A DNA stretch of 63,435 nucleotides from the NCBI GenBank assembly GCA_026992735.1, contig JALWYO010000055.1, forward strand, positions 1 through 63,435, given 5' to 3'. Position 1 is the first letter of the stretch. The number at the start of each line of letters is the position of its first letter. Shown one piece after another: positions 28,126 to 37,601 of the stretch. The notes below the pieces were generated by a model, which saw only the letters and a list, made by a program, of their open reading frames with translations, was not told the origin of the DNA and made no database searches. Source of the DNA: Deltaproteobacteria bacterium (GTDB lineage: Bacteria; Desulfobacterota; Dissulfuribacteria; Dissulfuribacterales; QOAL01). The translations under genes and the position numbers were made by a program.

Positions 28126-28213
28126 CCCGGAATGCCTGGCAAACGATTTCAGAATTTATGTTTGATAAAGTGATGCCCCAAATTGTATAGTCTTTTCTTC
28201 CTTTCGACTGCTT

Positions 28214-29428
28214 ATGATTTCATTTAAAGAGGCCATAGGCCTGATCAAATCCCTATCGCCCATGGAAGAGGAATGCATATCTTCCGGCAATGCCGTATGC
28301 AGAGTGTTAAGCCGGCCTGTATTCGCATGTGTTAATGCACCCGCTGACACATCCTCCCTAAAAGACGGTTTTGCAATAAGATCTGACGATGTAAAACAGG
28401 CAGGCCCGGATAACCCGGTATCTCTTCAGATAACAGACATCATCACTGCAGGTGACAATACATTCAGCTATCTGCAGCCAGGACAGGCAATCAAGATCAT
28501 GACAGGGGCACCTGTTCCACCAGGAGCCACAGCCGTGCTTCCTCAGGAACTTACCCTTTCCGACGGACCCAAAAGGGTCAAGGCACTGGCCAACTCCGAG
28601 CCAGGCAGAAATATTCTTCCAAGGGGAAGCGATATCAGGAAAGGAGAACAGGTAATCCAGGAAAACACCCTTATTACTCCCGGGATTGCAGGCCTGATCT
28701 CCGGTGCCGGTGTAAGCCGGGTCTGGGTTTACCGCAAGCCAAGGATATCAGTGCTTGCCACAGGAAGTGAGCTGGCGGAAGAAGGTGCCGGGACGATACA
28801 GGGCAAGATATTCCCAAGCAACAGGGCCACTATTGCAGCATGGCTGAAATTATTTGGTATCGAATGCGGAACAGAGCTGTGCCGGGACGATGCGGGACAG
28901 CTGGAAACAATCCTGACAAAACTCGCTGAAAAAAATGATGTGGTGATTACCAGCGGCGGGGTGCTGGATGGAGATCGAGACATGGTAATCTCCATTATGG
29001 AGAAAATCGGGGTGAATTTCATGTTCAAACGCTGCAGAATAGGACCGGGCAAGGGTGTGTGCATGGGAAGAATGGGTGACAAATTCTTCTTTAATCTGCC
29101 CGGCGGCCCGCCTTCCAACTATGTAGCATTCCTGTTCATTGCGTTGCCGGCCATTCTGAGGCTCATGGGCATCCAGGCCACATTCCCTCAGCCTGCCACA
29201 GGCACTGTTGATGCCAGGCTTAAGGGCCGGAGTGACTGGACCCAGCTTATTCTGGCCAGAGCATGGTGGCAAGGACGGAATCTTGTAGCCTCGCCCCTGC
29301 GCGAATCCAGCAGGCTGAAACGAATCGCCTTTGCCAATGCGGTAATTGTGCTTCCAGAAGGTGTTTCACAGAAAAAGGAAGGAAGCCAGGTGGAAATCAG
29401 ACTGCTGAACAGATTTCCGCCAGGATAG
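28214..29428 (+). CDS. moeA: Molybdopterin molybdenumtransferase
   Basis: MoeA/gephyrin-E layout: SPMEEE.IS..NA..RVL, SLKDGFAIR, IMTGAPVPPGA, ATGSEL and ITSGGV. 404 aa. Confidence 0.9.
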   Translation: MISFKEAIGLIKSLSPMEEECISSGNAVCRVLSRPVFACVNAPADTSSLKDGFAIRSDDVKQAGPDNPVSLQITDIITAGDNTFSYLQPGQAIKIMTGAPVPPGATAVLPQELTLSDGPKRVKALANSEPGRNILPRGSDIRKGEQVIQENTLITPGIAGLISGAGVSRVWVYRKPRISVLATGSELAEEGAGTIQGKIFPSNRATIAAWLKLFGIECGTELCRDDAGQLETILTKLAEKNDVVITSGGVLDGDRDMVISIMEKIGVNFMFKRCRIGPGKGVCMGRMGDKFFFNLPGGPPSNYVAFLFIALPAILRLMGIQATFPQPATGTVDARLKGRSDWTQLILARAWWQGRNLVASPLRESSRLKRIAFANAVIVLPEGVSQKKEGSQVEIRLLNRFPPG

Positions 29429-29468
29429 AAAGCACTGCACCTGCAAACATAATCCACACAACTTTACC

Positions 29469-29608
29469 CGTAATTTCTCAAAAAATCAGGGCTAACGATT
29501 TTGGATTAATTTCAAAAAGCTTGTTTACCACGAAGGTCATGAAAGACACAAAGTGATACTAATATAAATGTGAATTACGCCTCCATCTCATGGGCTTCTT
29601 GAGAAGTA
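29469..29608 (+). repeat. Intergenic repeat family 2, copy 1 (~140 nt)
   Basis: Aligns with the reverse complement of 48149-48328. Identical blocks include AAAGCTTGTTTACCACGAAG, AGTGATACTAA, AAATGTGAATTACG, TCCATCTCA and TTGAGAAGT. Confidence 0.8.
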
Positions 29609-29835
29609 TCCCTGTCACATATAACTATCTGATTTATAAGGTGATTGACCATCCCCAAAACCGTTATCCTATCTAACGGCAATATCAAAGAATCAGTATA
29701 TGACCCTATTCTCATTATTCAATTTTTTCATCCATTAACTGATTCATCATTCAGCTTTTCTAAAAATATATTAGACAATTTGTCTTAAGAATCCCCAAAT
29801 TACAGGCTGATCGATTATTACGTGACTATTTTCTC

Positions 29836-29880
29836 TTGACAATCAGACGAAAAATGTAATATTGAATGAATACTTATTCA
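29836..29880 (+). promoter_or_regulatory. Sigma70-like promoter plus palindromic TetR-type operator upstream of the TetR gene
   Basis: TTGACA (29836-29841) and TAATAT (29857-29862), followed immediately by the 18-bp imperfect palindrome TGAATGAATACTTATTCA (29863-29880; 7 of 9 positions symmetric). Confidence 0.5.
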
Positions 29881-29931
29881 CTTTTTTTCGCCCTCCATAG
29901 AATAACTGTAACATAAAAAGTCGAAGATTAT

Positions 29932-30585
29932 ATGAAAGTAGCCGATAAACATGGAAGGATAATCCAGGCAGCCATAAAGGTATTTGCCAGAAACGGCTTT
30001 TTCAATTCACGTATAGCTGAAATTGCAAAAGAGGCAAATGTTGCCGATGGCACCATTTACCTTTACTTCAACAACAAGTACGACATTCTCATAACCATCT
30101 TCGAAGAAGAAATGGGCAAGATCATCGCCAGGGTCAAACAGGAGATTGCCAAGTACGATGATCCCAGAGAGAAACTCTACCATTTCGCCCTGCTGCACCT
30201 GAGCCTTGTAGAAAAAGACAAGGATCTTGCTGAGCTTATACAGGTCGAGCTGAGACAGAGCAGCAAATTCATCAAGGAATACAAAAACCGTAAATTCGCA
30301 GAATACCTCCACATCATTGCCCAGATACTGAAAGAAGGGCAGCAGCAGGGCATTTTCAGGCAAGATGTAAAGCCGGGCATTTTCAAGAGATCATTCTTCG
30401 GCGCCATGGATGAAATGTCCCGCTTCTGGGTGCTTTCTTCCAGGAAGAAATACAGTGTGAAAACTGCAGCTACCCAAATCAGCCAGTATTTCCTGAATGG
30501 GATCCTGGAAGATCCCCAAAAGCCCGGTAAACCTGCCTCCAAAAAGAAAAAATCCACCGGGAAGAAAAAAAGGTCTGTCAAATGA
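29932..30585 (+). CDS. TetR/AcrR-family regulator (FadR/YsiA-like) with a lysine-rich tail
   Basis: N-terminal HTH AAIKVFARNGFFNSRIAEIAKEANVADGTIYLYF. C-terminal tail KPASKKKKSTGKKKRSVK. Confidence 0.85.
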   Translation: MKVADKHGRIIQAAIKVFARNGFFNSRIAEIAKEANVADGTIYLYFNNKYDILITIFEEEMGKIIARVKQEIAKYDDPREKLYHFALLHLSLVEKDKDLAELIQVELRQSSKFIKEYKNRKFAEYLHIIAQILKEGQQQGIFRQDVKPGIFKRSFFGAMDEMSRFWVLSSRKKYSVKTAATQISQYFLNGILEDPQKPGKPASKKKKSTGKKKRSVK

Positions 30586-30635
30586 GCCAGCTGCCTCAAG
30601 GCAGGGGCATCAATCTGGCATAGCTGCTTATCAAC

Positions 30636-31556
30636 ATGGCAACTTGTCCCATGGACCCGTTTGACTCCTTTCTGAAAGATTACAGCGGCGTCATCCCGGA
30701 TTTCCAGGAATACCTCGAGGACCTGAGAAGGCCAATGCCCTTATACTTCAGGATAAACACCCTGAAGACCAGTATGGCTATGGTAAAAAATCTTCTGGCC
30801 AGGGACGGGATAATCTCCGAAGATACCTGCATCCCCGAATTACTGCTGATAAAGAAACAGGACCCGTCAAGGCAGCTGCTTGCCTACTACCTTGGGCTGA
30901 TTTATCCCCAGGCCCTCTCCTCATGTCTTCCGGTACTGGCCCTGTCTCCAGGCAGGACCGACAGGGTATTGGACCTGTGTGCAGCTCCCGGAGGTAAATC
31001 CACCCATATGGCACAACTCATGCGTGATATGGGACTTGTTGTCGCCAATGACAGAAAACTCGGACGCCTGACAGCCCTTATGGCCAACATCAAGAGGCTT
31101 GGCATCACCAACACCATTGTAACCCAGGCAAGGGGTGAGCATTACACATCGAATATCCAGTTTGACAAGGTCCTGGTTGATGCGCCCTGCAGTGGTATAG
31201 GAAGATACAGGATAGATCCTGCAGGACGCATAAGACACATGCGCTGCGGGAAAACAGACCTGCCTGCCATCCAGAAAGCCCTGATCTTGAGGGCATTTGA
31301 TCTGCTGCGCCACTGTGGAGTCATGGTATATTCCACTTGTACACTCAATGTCGAGGAAAACGAGGGTGTTTTACATTACCTTCTTCAGAAAAGGGATGCT
31401 GAAATTACACACTGGGAACCACCTGTTACATGGTCTCCAGGCATAGACAAATTCAGGAAACAGGAATATGACAGCAGGGTCAGACTGGCAAGGAGGTTTT
31501 ATCCCCACAAGGTCCGATCAGTCGGATTCTTCCTTGCCAGAATTATTAAACGATAA
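30636..31556 (+). CDS. NOL1/NOP2/Sun-family RNA m5C methyltransferase (RsmF/RsmB-like catalytic domain)
   Basis: SAM motif LDLCAAPGGKST, catalytic VDAPCSGIG and YSTCT. The sequence ends at GFFLARIIKR, which in RsmF marks the end of the MTase domain. Confidence 0.85.
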   Translation: MATCPMDPFDSFLKDYSGVIPDFQEYLEDLRRPMPLYFRINTLKTSMAMVKNLLARDGIISEDTCIPELLLIKKQDPSRQLLAYYLGLIYPQALSSCLPVLALSPGRTDRVLDLCAAPGGKSTHMAQLMRDMGLVVANDRKLGRLTALMANIKRLGITNTIVTQARGEHYTSNIQFDKVLVDAPCSGIGRYRIDPAGRIRHMRCGKTDLPAIQKALILRAFDLLRHCGVMVYSTCTLNVEENEGVLHYLLQKRDAEITHWEPPVTWSPGIDKFRKQEYDSRVRLARRFYPHKVRSVGFFLARIIKR

Positions 31557-31572
31557 AGACAGAGACCGTCTC

Positions 31573-32013
31573 TTGGCATTTCTGGAAAAGAGATTCGGCA
31601 TGGATGCCACAGGGTTCAGCCCCTGGCAGATATACGCCTTCAGACGGCAGGCATTCCTGTTCCGCAGACAGCAGGACGGGCCATGGTTTCAGAGAGATTC
31701 GTTTGTGCGCTGCGGCCTGCCATTCATGCGGATTGTGGCTGGCTTTCTCAAACCAACCACTGTATTCATCCAGCGATTCGGTAACAGGGCATCCAGAAAC
31801 TGTATTGATCTATCAATGAAACAAATAGCCGAACTGTGCACCAACGGAAGTCTGCATATCTCAAAAATTACAGGTGAAAACAGAATAATAGATGCACCGG
31901 GCTATGTAGTGATCAGGACAGGAGGCCTGGATCTCGGCATAGGCCTGATCATGGAAGATGAAAGGCTACTTTGCAGGTTCCCCAAATCCATCAGGCAGGC
32001 GCTTTCCCGTTAA
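31573..32013 (+). CDS. RsmF C-terminal (PUA-like) domain protein encoded as a separate ORF
   Basis: This ORF is in the +1 frame relative to the MTase gene. ...GYVVIRTGGLDLGIGLIMEDERLLCRFPKSIR resembles the RsmF C-terminal domain. Start candidates are TTG 31573 and ATG 31600. Confidence 0.5.
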   Translation: MAFLEKRFGMDATGFSPWQIYAFRRQAFLFRRQQDGPWFQRDSFVRCGLPFMRIVAGFLKPTTVFIQRFGNRASRNCIDLSMKQIAELCTNGSLHISKITGENRIIDAPGYVVIRTGGLDLGIGLIMEDERLLCRFPKSIRQALSR

Positions 32014-32796
32014 TCAATCAGCAATAAGCGTCTCGGCCAGCCTCTCTGCTGCAAATATCAGGGATTCTATATCCAGAAAATCCAGGGCACGCTGATCAAA
32101 AAGCAGCTTTACCTTTGGGGGAAAACCATCTTCTTCATCCTCGTCCCAGAACAGTATCTGCACAGGGATCTTGGGAAGCACGGGGACCCGGATGCATGCA
32201 TCTGCATGACATGGTTCCACAGGCTTACCGCCAAGCCTGCTGCACCTATTTGCAAGCGCCTTGGCATTGCCCTTAAAGGCCTCAGCCAGCTTGTCTTCAC
32301 TGTATTTTTTAAGAGTGACTACCTTGGAGATGGAATTGGGGAATGACTCAAGCCCCAGCCACTCTCCTGTCAAAGGGCCTTCTCCTCCGAAAAAAAGATA
32401 GTTGTAAAGCAGTATCTGGTCTCTGGTCTCCAGCTCATCGCCATGCTCAGACCATACGCGCCCTGCTGAGATAAAGACCTTTCTGCCAAGATAATCAAGT
32501 GCCAGTGCCTTTTCCCCATCCATATCCACCAGCTGCCCGCCAAGGCCTGAAGCACGGGCCGACAGGTCCAGGTTTCTGACCTTTGATCGCAGCTCCCTGG
32601 CAAGGGCTGTCTCAGGATCCGGCCGCATGTTAGAATCTTGTGTCCCAGGGCTTTCCTCTGCCTGCACGTATGGGCAGCGTGATTTAGATACGCCGCCGGA
32701 ATGTACTGCAGCAGCAAATGCCAGGCAGGTGGGAAATCCGCACTCGCCGCAGTTGTCCTTTTTCGTTTCCCTGAGGATATCCAATACGGTAGCCAT
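32014..32796 (-). CDS. Protein with an N-terminal putative Fe-S cluster domain plus a DUF3786-like domain
   Basis: N-terminal NCGECGFPTCLAFAAAVHSGGVSKSRCPY (RnfB/CdhD-type Cys motif). The remaining ~200 aa resemble DUF3786 (from memory). Confidence 0.6.
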   Translation of the reverse strand: MATVLDILRETKKDNCGECGFPTCLAFAAAVHSGGVSKSRCPYVQAEESPGTQDSNMRPDPETALARELRSKVRNLDLSARASGLGGQLVDMDGEKALALDYLGRKVFISAGRVWSEHGDELETRDQILLYNYLFFGGEGPLTGEWLGLESFPNSISKVVTLKKYSEDKLAEAFKGNAKALANRCSRLGGKPVEPCHADACIRVPVLPKIPVQILFWDEDEEDGFPPKVKLLFDQRALDFLDIESLIFAAERLAETLIAD

Positions 32797-32930
32797 AACA
32801 TATAACTCCTCTATTTATCCTGTTGAGCTGCCATTAATCGCGGAACAGAATGCATTTATGCACAACCGGCTTATTTGTACCTGCCTTAAGGGTGCTGGAG
32901 ATACCATGACCTGTGAGCAATGATCCCGGA

Positions 32931-34187
32931 TTATGTTGAGCCTGACCAGGACTTGGACATGAACAGCAACAGGCTCGCGGCAAGGGCCAGACTCGAACAC
33001 GCCATCATGGTTGCACGTATGCCAAATTCCTGGGCAGCCAGGCCCTGAAAAAAAGAACCAAAGGGAAAGAGACCCATGAAGCAGGTGGAAAACAGGCCCA
33101 TTACCCTGCCCCTTAACTCATTGGAACTCTCTATCTGGAGAATACTCAACGCGCTGGTTGATGCCACCACCATCACAAAACCGCTTGCAAACAGGAAAAT
33201 GGAAGCCTGTATAAAATTATGGGCGCACGAGACCGCCATTATAGATACAGGAAACAGGAAAGAACCGGCCCACCACCAACGCTCTCTTCTGCCCCTGTGC
33301 CCAAAGGCTGCAACAAAAACCGCAGCGGCAAGGGCACCAAGGCCATTGGCAGCACACATCAGCCCGTAATCCCGTGCGCCAAGGCCAAGCACATCCCTGC
33401 CAAGAGAAGGAAGCAGGATGGAATAGGGAAGAAGCAGGATGCCAAAAAATATTATTGCAATGAGTACCCTGGAGAGGAGCCGGTGATGGGCCACGAACGC
33501 CAGAGACTCTTTTATGGCATCAATTGCAGAAATGCCGCCATTGCCTGGAGGACTATTGAATCTGGAATAGGCCCTCCTGATATACAGAAGAGAGGCAATT
33601 ATGCACAGGGACGAAAACGCCTTGAAGAAAAAACAGCCCGCCATCAAGCCCGCACTCATGAAAAAACCGGCCAGGGTCGGCCCTCCAAACCTTGCGAGGT
33701 TGAAGGCAGCAGAATGGATAGCAATGCCGTTGGTAATATCCTTTCGTCCCACCAGGTCAAATACCAGTGACTGCCTTGCAGGCACTTCAAAGGCCATACC
33801 GACCCCCAGCATGGAGGCCAGAAGCAGCACCAGCGAAAACGTGATATCGCCTGATTCAACAAGAAGGCCGAGACACAGGGCCTGTGCCATCAGCATGAAA
33901 TGGATAAAAATCAGAAAGGAAATCTTGGGAACGCGGTCTGCCAGCATTCCCCCGATCAAAGCAAAAAGGAGTATCGGGAGCCCTGTAACCATGCCCAGCA
34001 GACCAACACAAAAGGTCGAATTCGTGATTTCCAGGACCAGCCACCTCTGGGCAGTGCCCTGGACCCAGGTCCCAAACAGGGCCACTGCCTGGCCCATGAG
34101 AAAGACCCTGTACCCACGATGTTGTAAGCTTGAAAGGGCCTTGGGCCAGCCAGGCCTGTCAAAAGGCCTGTGCAAAATCCTTGGCAA
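32931..34187 (-). CDS. MFS transporter
   Basis: 418 aa with about 12 hydrophobic segments. N-terminus [17 protein letters not shown] is typical of the MFS_3/EntS-like group. Confidence 0.8.
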   Translation of the reverse strand: MPRILHRPFDRPGWPKALSSLQHRGYRVFLMGQAVALFGTWVQGTAQRWLVLEITNSTFCVGLLGMVTGLPILLFALIGGMLADRVPKISFLIFIHFMLMAQALCLGLLVESGDITFSLVLLLASMLGVGMAFEVPARQSLVFDLVGRKDITNGIAIHSAAFNLARFGGPTLAGFFMSAGLMAGCFFFKAFSSLCIIASLLYIRRAYSRFNSPPGNGGISAIDAIKESLAFVAHHRLLSRVLIAIIFFGILLLPYSILLPSLGRDVLGLGARDYGLMCAANGLGALAAAVFVAAFGHRGRRERWWWAGSFLFPVSIMAVSCAHNFIQASIFLFASGFVMVVASTSALSILQIESSNELRGRVMGLFSTCFMGLFPFGSFFQGLAAQEFGIRATMMACSSLALAASLLLFMSKSWSGST

Positions 34188-35163
34188 AATAGGTTATAAT
34201 GATATCGGCCCCCGCGCGCCTGAAACAAAGCAGTGACTCGTAAATCACCCTCTTTTCATCCAGCCAGCCATTGGCTGCTGCCGCCTTTATCATTGCGTAT
34301 TCACCACTGACCTGGTAGGCGGCTATTGGCAGCGTAAATTCCTGCCTGAGAAGGCCTATTATATCCAGATAAGGCATTCCAGGCTTGACCATAAGGATAT
34401 CCGCACCTTCTTCCATGTCCAGGGTGGCCTCTCTCAAGGCCTCGCGGCTGTTGGCACAATCCATCTGGTATGCACTCCTGTCACCAAACTGAGGAGCGCA
34501 TTCCGCCGCATCCCTGAACGGCCCGTAAAAGCTGGAAGCATATTTCACTGCATAGGACATGATGGGTATATGTTCGTAGCCGTTGTCATCCAGGGCCTCC
34601 CTTATGGCCCCTACCCTGCCATCCATCATGTCGGATGGAGCAACCATATCAGCACCTGCCCTGGCATGGGAAAGCGCTATTTTCTGCAACAGTTCAAGGG
34701 TGGCATCATTGTCAACAAAGACAGAGTCACCGCCTTTTCCCTTGACCTTGCACAGCAGCCCACAGTGCCCGTGAGATGTATATTCACACAGGCATACATC
34801 TGTTATCACGAGAATATCGGGCACAGCCTTTTTTATGGCTTCTATGGCCTTTTGCACAATACCTGACTTGATCCATGCATGGGAGCCTTTTGCATCTTTC
34901 TTTTCAGGAAGACCGAACAGGAGCAGGGCAGGCAGGCCAAGGGCATGTGCCTCCTTTGCCTCCTCTACCGCCATGTCCACCGAAAGCTGGAAGACACCGG
35001 GCATAGATGAAATTTCCTGGCGCAACTTTTTGCCAGGAGCAACAAACATGGGATATATGAGGTGCTCTCTGGACACAGAGGTTTCCCGCACCATGGAGCG
35101 AAGGGATTCTGTTCTTCTGAGCCTTCTCGGCCTGTATTCTGGAAACATCATAATTACAGCCAC
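34159..35163 (-). CDS. hemB: Porphobilinogen synthase (zinc type)
   Basis: [17 protein letters not shown], Cys-rich Zn site [14 protein letters not shown], and the active-site Lys region MVKPG. Confidence 0.95.
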   Translation of the reverse strand: MAVIMMFPEYRPRRLRRTESLRSMVRETSVSREHLIYPMFVAPGKKLRQEISSMPGVFQLSVDMAVEEAKEAHALGLPALLLFGLPEKKDAKGSHAWIKSGIVQKAIEAIKKAVPDILVITDVCLCEYTSHGHCGLLCKVKGKGGDSVFVDNDATLELLQKIALSHARAGADMVAPSDMMDGRVGAIREALDDNGYEHIPIMSYAVKYASSFYGPFRDAAECAPQFGDRSAYQMDCANSREALREATLDMEEGADILMVKPGMPYLDIIGLLRQEFTLPIAAYQVSGEYAMIKAAAANGWLDEKRVIYESLLCFRRAGADIIITYFAKDFAQAF

Positions 35164-35522
35164 TCCTGTATCTTGAGGATTAAGGCATCAACGGAAACAG
35201 GATCTTTTATACAGTCATTACAACCTGCATCCTGAAATTTTTCCTTTTCTTCATCGGTTAGGTGTGTACAAATTACTATGACAGGAATCTTGCTGGTTTC
35301 AGGAGACTGTTTCAGGAGAATGCTCACGGACTGCGGATTCAGAATGGGAACATTTTGCCTGATAACAATAATATCGGGTTTTGTCTCCATTGCGGCATCA
35401 TAACCTGCCTGGCCATCCTCAGCCATGGCCAGCTCAAACGGAAAGGTCTGGGCTGCCTGCTCGAATACAGGCCTGGTCTCTGGTATGTGGTCCACCAGCA
35501 ATACCACGGGTCTTGATCTCAT
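35154..35522 (-). CDS. Receiver-like domain lacking the phospho-acceptor Asp (pseudo-receiver)
   Basis: CheY-like fold pattern, but LLVDH replaces the acidic pair and [11 protein letters not shown] has Arg where the acceptor Asp is expected. The conserved T (ICTH) and K (IKDP) are retained. Confidence 0.65.
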   Translation of the reverse strand: MRSRPVVLLVDHIPETRPVFEQAAQTFPFELAMAEDGQAGYDAAMETKPDIIVIRQNVPILNPQSVSILLKQSPETSKIPVIVICTHLTDEEKEKFQDAGCNDCIKDPVSVDALILKIQEWL

Positions 35523-35532
35523 GGGGTTTCTC

Positions 35533-37479
35533 CTACTTTGCAGACTCGTAGCAGACGCGGATAAGGCGATTTATGAACAGCTCCGGGTTGTCCACCGCCT
35601 CTGCAGGCACAGTAAAACTGTCCTGGCCTGTCTTTTCCCGGATGAGGCTAAGACCATACTCAAGAATGCTGGACAGACGCTCATTGAGCATGTAAAGGGT
35701 TGAAGGATCGAACCGGCATGCATCAAGAATCCTGTCCACGGCCCTTTCCTCAAAGGTAATTTTTATCTTGCACCTGTTGTAAAAAGAGGCCTCATAACTC
35801 CTGATCTGCTGTATCCAAAACAGCACATTGGCAGCGGCCTCGTTAACAGAAAGGTCTTCTTTTATGCATAGATGGGCAATCAGCTTCCTGCGCACATCGT
35901 TAAGTTCCACGCCATCTTCCTGCCACTGCGGAAACATGCCTGGCTCAAGGCTGGCGATTATCTCCTGCCTTTCCTGCTCCAGGATGGCCTCGTAATGGCG
36001 CCTCCTCATGGCTGCGCCGCCGTCAGCAATAAGTCTTGCCAATTCCCTCTCAGGATCCTGAACCATCTCCCTGGTTAACACCAGGTAGTCAATATCAGTT
36101 GAAGGAATGACCTTTTCAAATGGGAGAAGAGCACGCTCCATGACACTGACAAGGGCCCTTGCACCTGTCTTCTCCTGGCAGGCCTTATGGGCAATCAGGC
36201 GAAGGGCATCTGCTTCGAACTTCAGATCTATGCCATAGGCCCTGAAATCCTGTTTCTTGCTGACTATTACCGGACTCCTGGGATTCATAAGGATCTCGAA
36301 CAGATCCTGCTCTGTCAATTCGTCCAGCACCGCTATGACCGGCAGCCTGCCGATGAATTCATTCTCGAAACCAAATTCGACCAGATCTTGGGGCTTAACC
36401 TGCCTGAGCCAGTCCATATCGGAACCGGCATCCACATCTGCGCCAAACCCGATTCCCTGGGAGGAAAGCCTCTTCCTGACGATGTCTGCCAGGCCGGAAA
36501 ACGCCCCGCTCACAATAAAAAGGATATGCCTGGTGTTTATTGTTTTGCACATCCTCATGCCGGTTTTGCGAAAATGCTCTATGGCCTCGATCTGGGATAT
36601 TGGATCCTGAGGTGTCTTGAGATCTACCTCCGTTTCTTCCAGTGGCTTAAGAAGCGCCCTCTGAACACCTGCCCTGGACACATCAGGCCCCTTAAGGCCC
36701 TGCATAGAGGCGATCTTGTCTATCTCGTCTATGTAGATTATGCCGTACTGAGCCTTTTCTATATCTCCATCAGCTTCCCTGACCAGGTCTCTGACCAGGT
36801 CTTCCACATCACCGCCAACATATCCTGTTTCGCTGAATTTGGTGGCGTCTCCCTTGACAAAGGGCACGCCTAATTTGGCAGCGATCAGCTTCACAAGATA
36901 TGTCTTGCCCACCCCGGTTGGACCTATGAGTATGATATTATTCTTGATATTGCCAACAGGTAACCTGTCACAGCCTTTTTTATCGAGATATGCTATCTTC
37001 TTGAAGTGTGTGCATACCTTTGTTGCCAGAATTGCCTTGGCTGTCTGCTGCTTGACAACGTACTCATCCAGGTATGCCTCGAGTTCCTCGGGCATTATGT
37101 CAAAACTGGGCACGCTGGACTTGCTGCCGGAAGAGTCTTCCTTGTAATCCTGTTTTTGGGGACGTACCTGGCCTGGGAATACCATCTGAGAAACGACCTT
37201 TACCTTGCCACCATACTTCCTTGTAAGATAATCACTTATCTCTTTTTCAAGATTTTCCCTGGAGGGAAAAGGAAGTTTATCCGAATCAGCCTCAGGAACC
37301 CCTGAAGATTCCCCAGCTGCGTCATCCTGGCCCGGCCCCTGGCTCTGGTCCTTGTTCTTATCCTGAGAATCAGAAGCCTGAGCATCCTCTGCTTTCTTTT
37401 CCATATAACTGAATTTAACACAGCCCATAAATCTTCTCAACTTTATAGACTTTTTATTTTCCCGATTTTCCGTTACCAT
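35533..37479 (-). CDS. ClpX-like AAA+ unfoldase paralog without the N-terminal zinc-binding domain and with a ~230-aa C-terminal extension
   Basis: Walker A GPTGVGKT, pore loop GYVGGDVE, Walker B IIYIDEIDK and IGF loop QGIGFGA. The N-terminus is acidic and low-complexity instead of the CxxC zinc domain. Start uncertain (37479, 37428 or 37404). Confidence 0.8.
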   Translation of the reverse strand: MVTENRENKKSIKLRRFMGCVKFSYMEKKAEDAQASDSQDKNKDQSQGPGQDDAAGESSGVPEADSDKLPFPSRENLEKEISDYLTRKYGGKVKVVSQMVFPGQVRPQKQDYKEDSSGSKSSVPSFDIMPEELEAYLDEYVVKQQTAKAILATKVCTHFKKIAYLDKKGCDRLPVGNIKNNIILIGPTGVGKTYLVKLIAAKLGVPFVKGDATKFSETGYVGGDVEDLVRDLVREADGDIEKAQYGIIYIDEIDKIASMQGLKGPDVSRAGVQRALLKPLEETEVDLKTPQDPISQIEAIEHFRKTGMRMCKTINTRHILFIVSGAFSGLADIVRKRLSSQGIGFGADVDAGSDMDWLRQVKPQDLVEFGFENEFIGRLPVIAVLDELTEQDLFEILMNPRSPVIVSKKQDFRAYGIDLKFEADALRLIAHKACQEKTGARALVSVMERALLPFEKVIPSTDIDYLVLTREMVQDPERELARLIADGGAAMRRRHYEAILEQERQEIIASLEPGMFPQWQEDGVELNDVRRKLIAHLCIKEDLSVNEAAANVLFWIQQIRSYEASFYNRCKIKITFEERAVDRILDACRFDPSTLYMLNERLSSILEYGLSLIREKTGQDSFTVPAEAVDNPELFINRLIRVCYESAK

Positions 37480-37601
37480 TCAGATTGTAATCCCCCTGCT
37501 GCCAATGACATCCAGGCCACAGGTAGGCCCCTGACAGAAACCGATAAATCCAGATCAGACAATATGGATAATCTCACACATAACCATTATACGAGGTAGA
37601 A

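Noticed and set aside
28126-28213. Moco riboswitch upstream of moeA.
   Set aside because: The leader is only 88 nt and I could not find the conserved Moco-motif helices. It is probably just a short 5' UTR.
31468-31572. The N-terminal 35 codons of the track ORF 31468-32013, which overlap the methyltransferase gene.
   Set aside because: This part is the out-of-frame read-through of the MTase 3' end. A start at TTG 31573 or ATG 31600, or a frameshift fusion, is more plausible.
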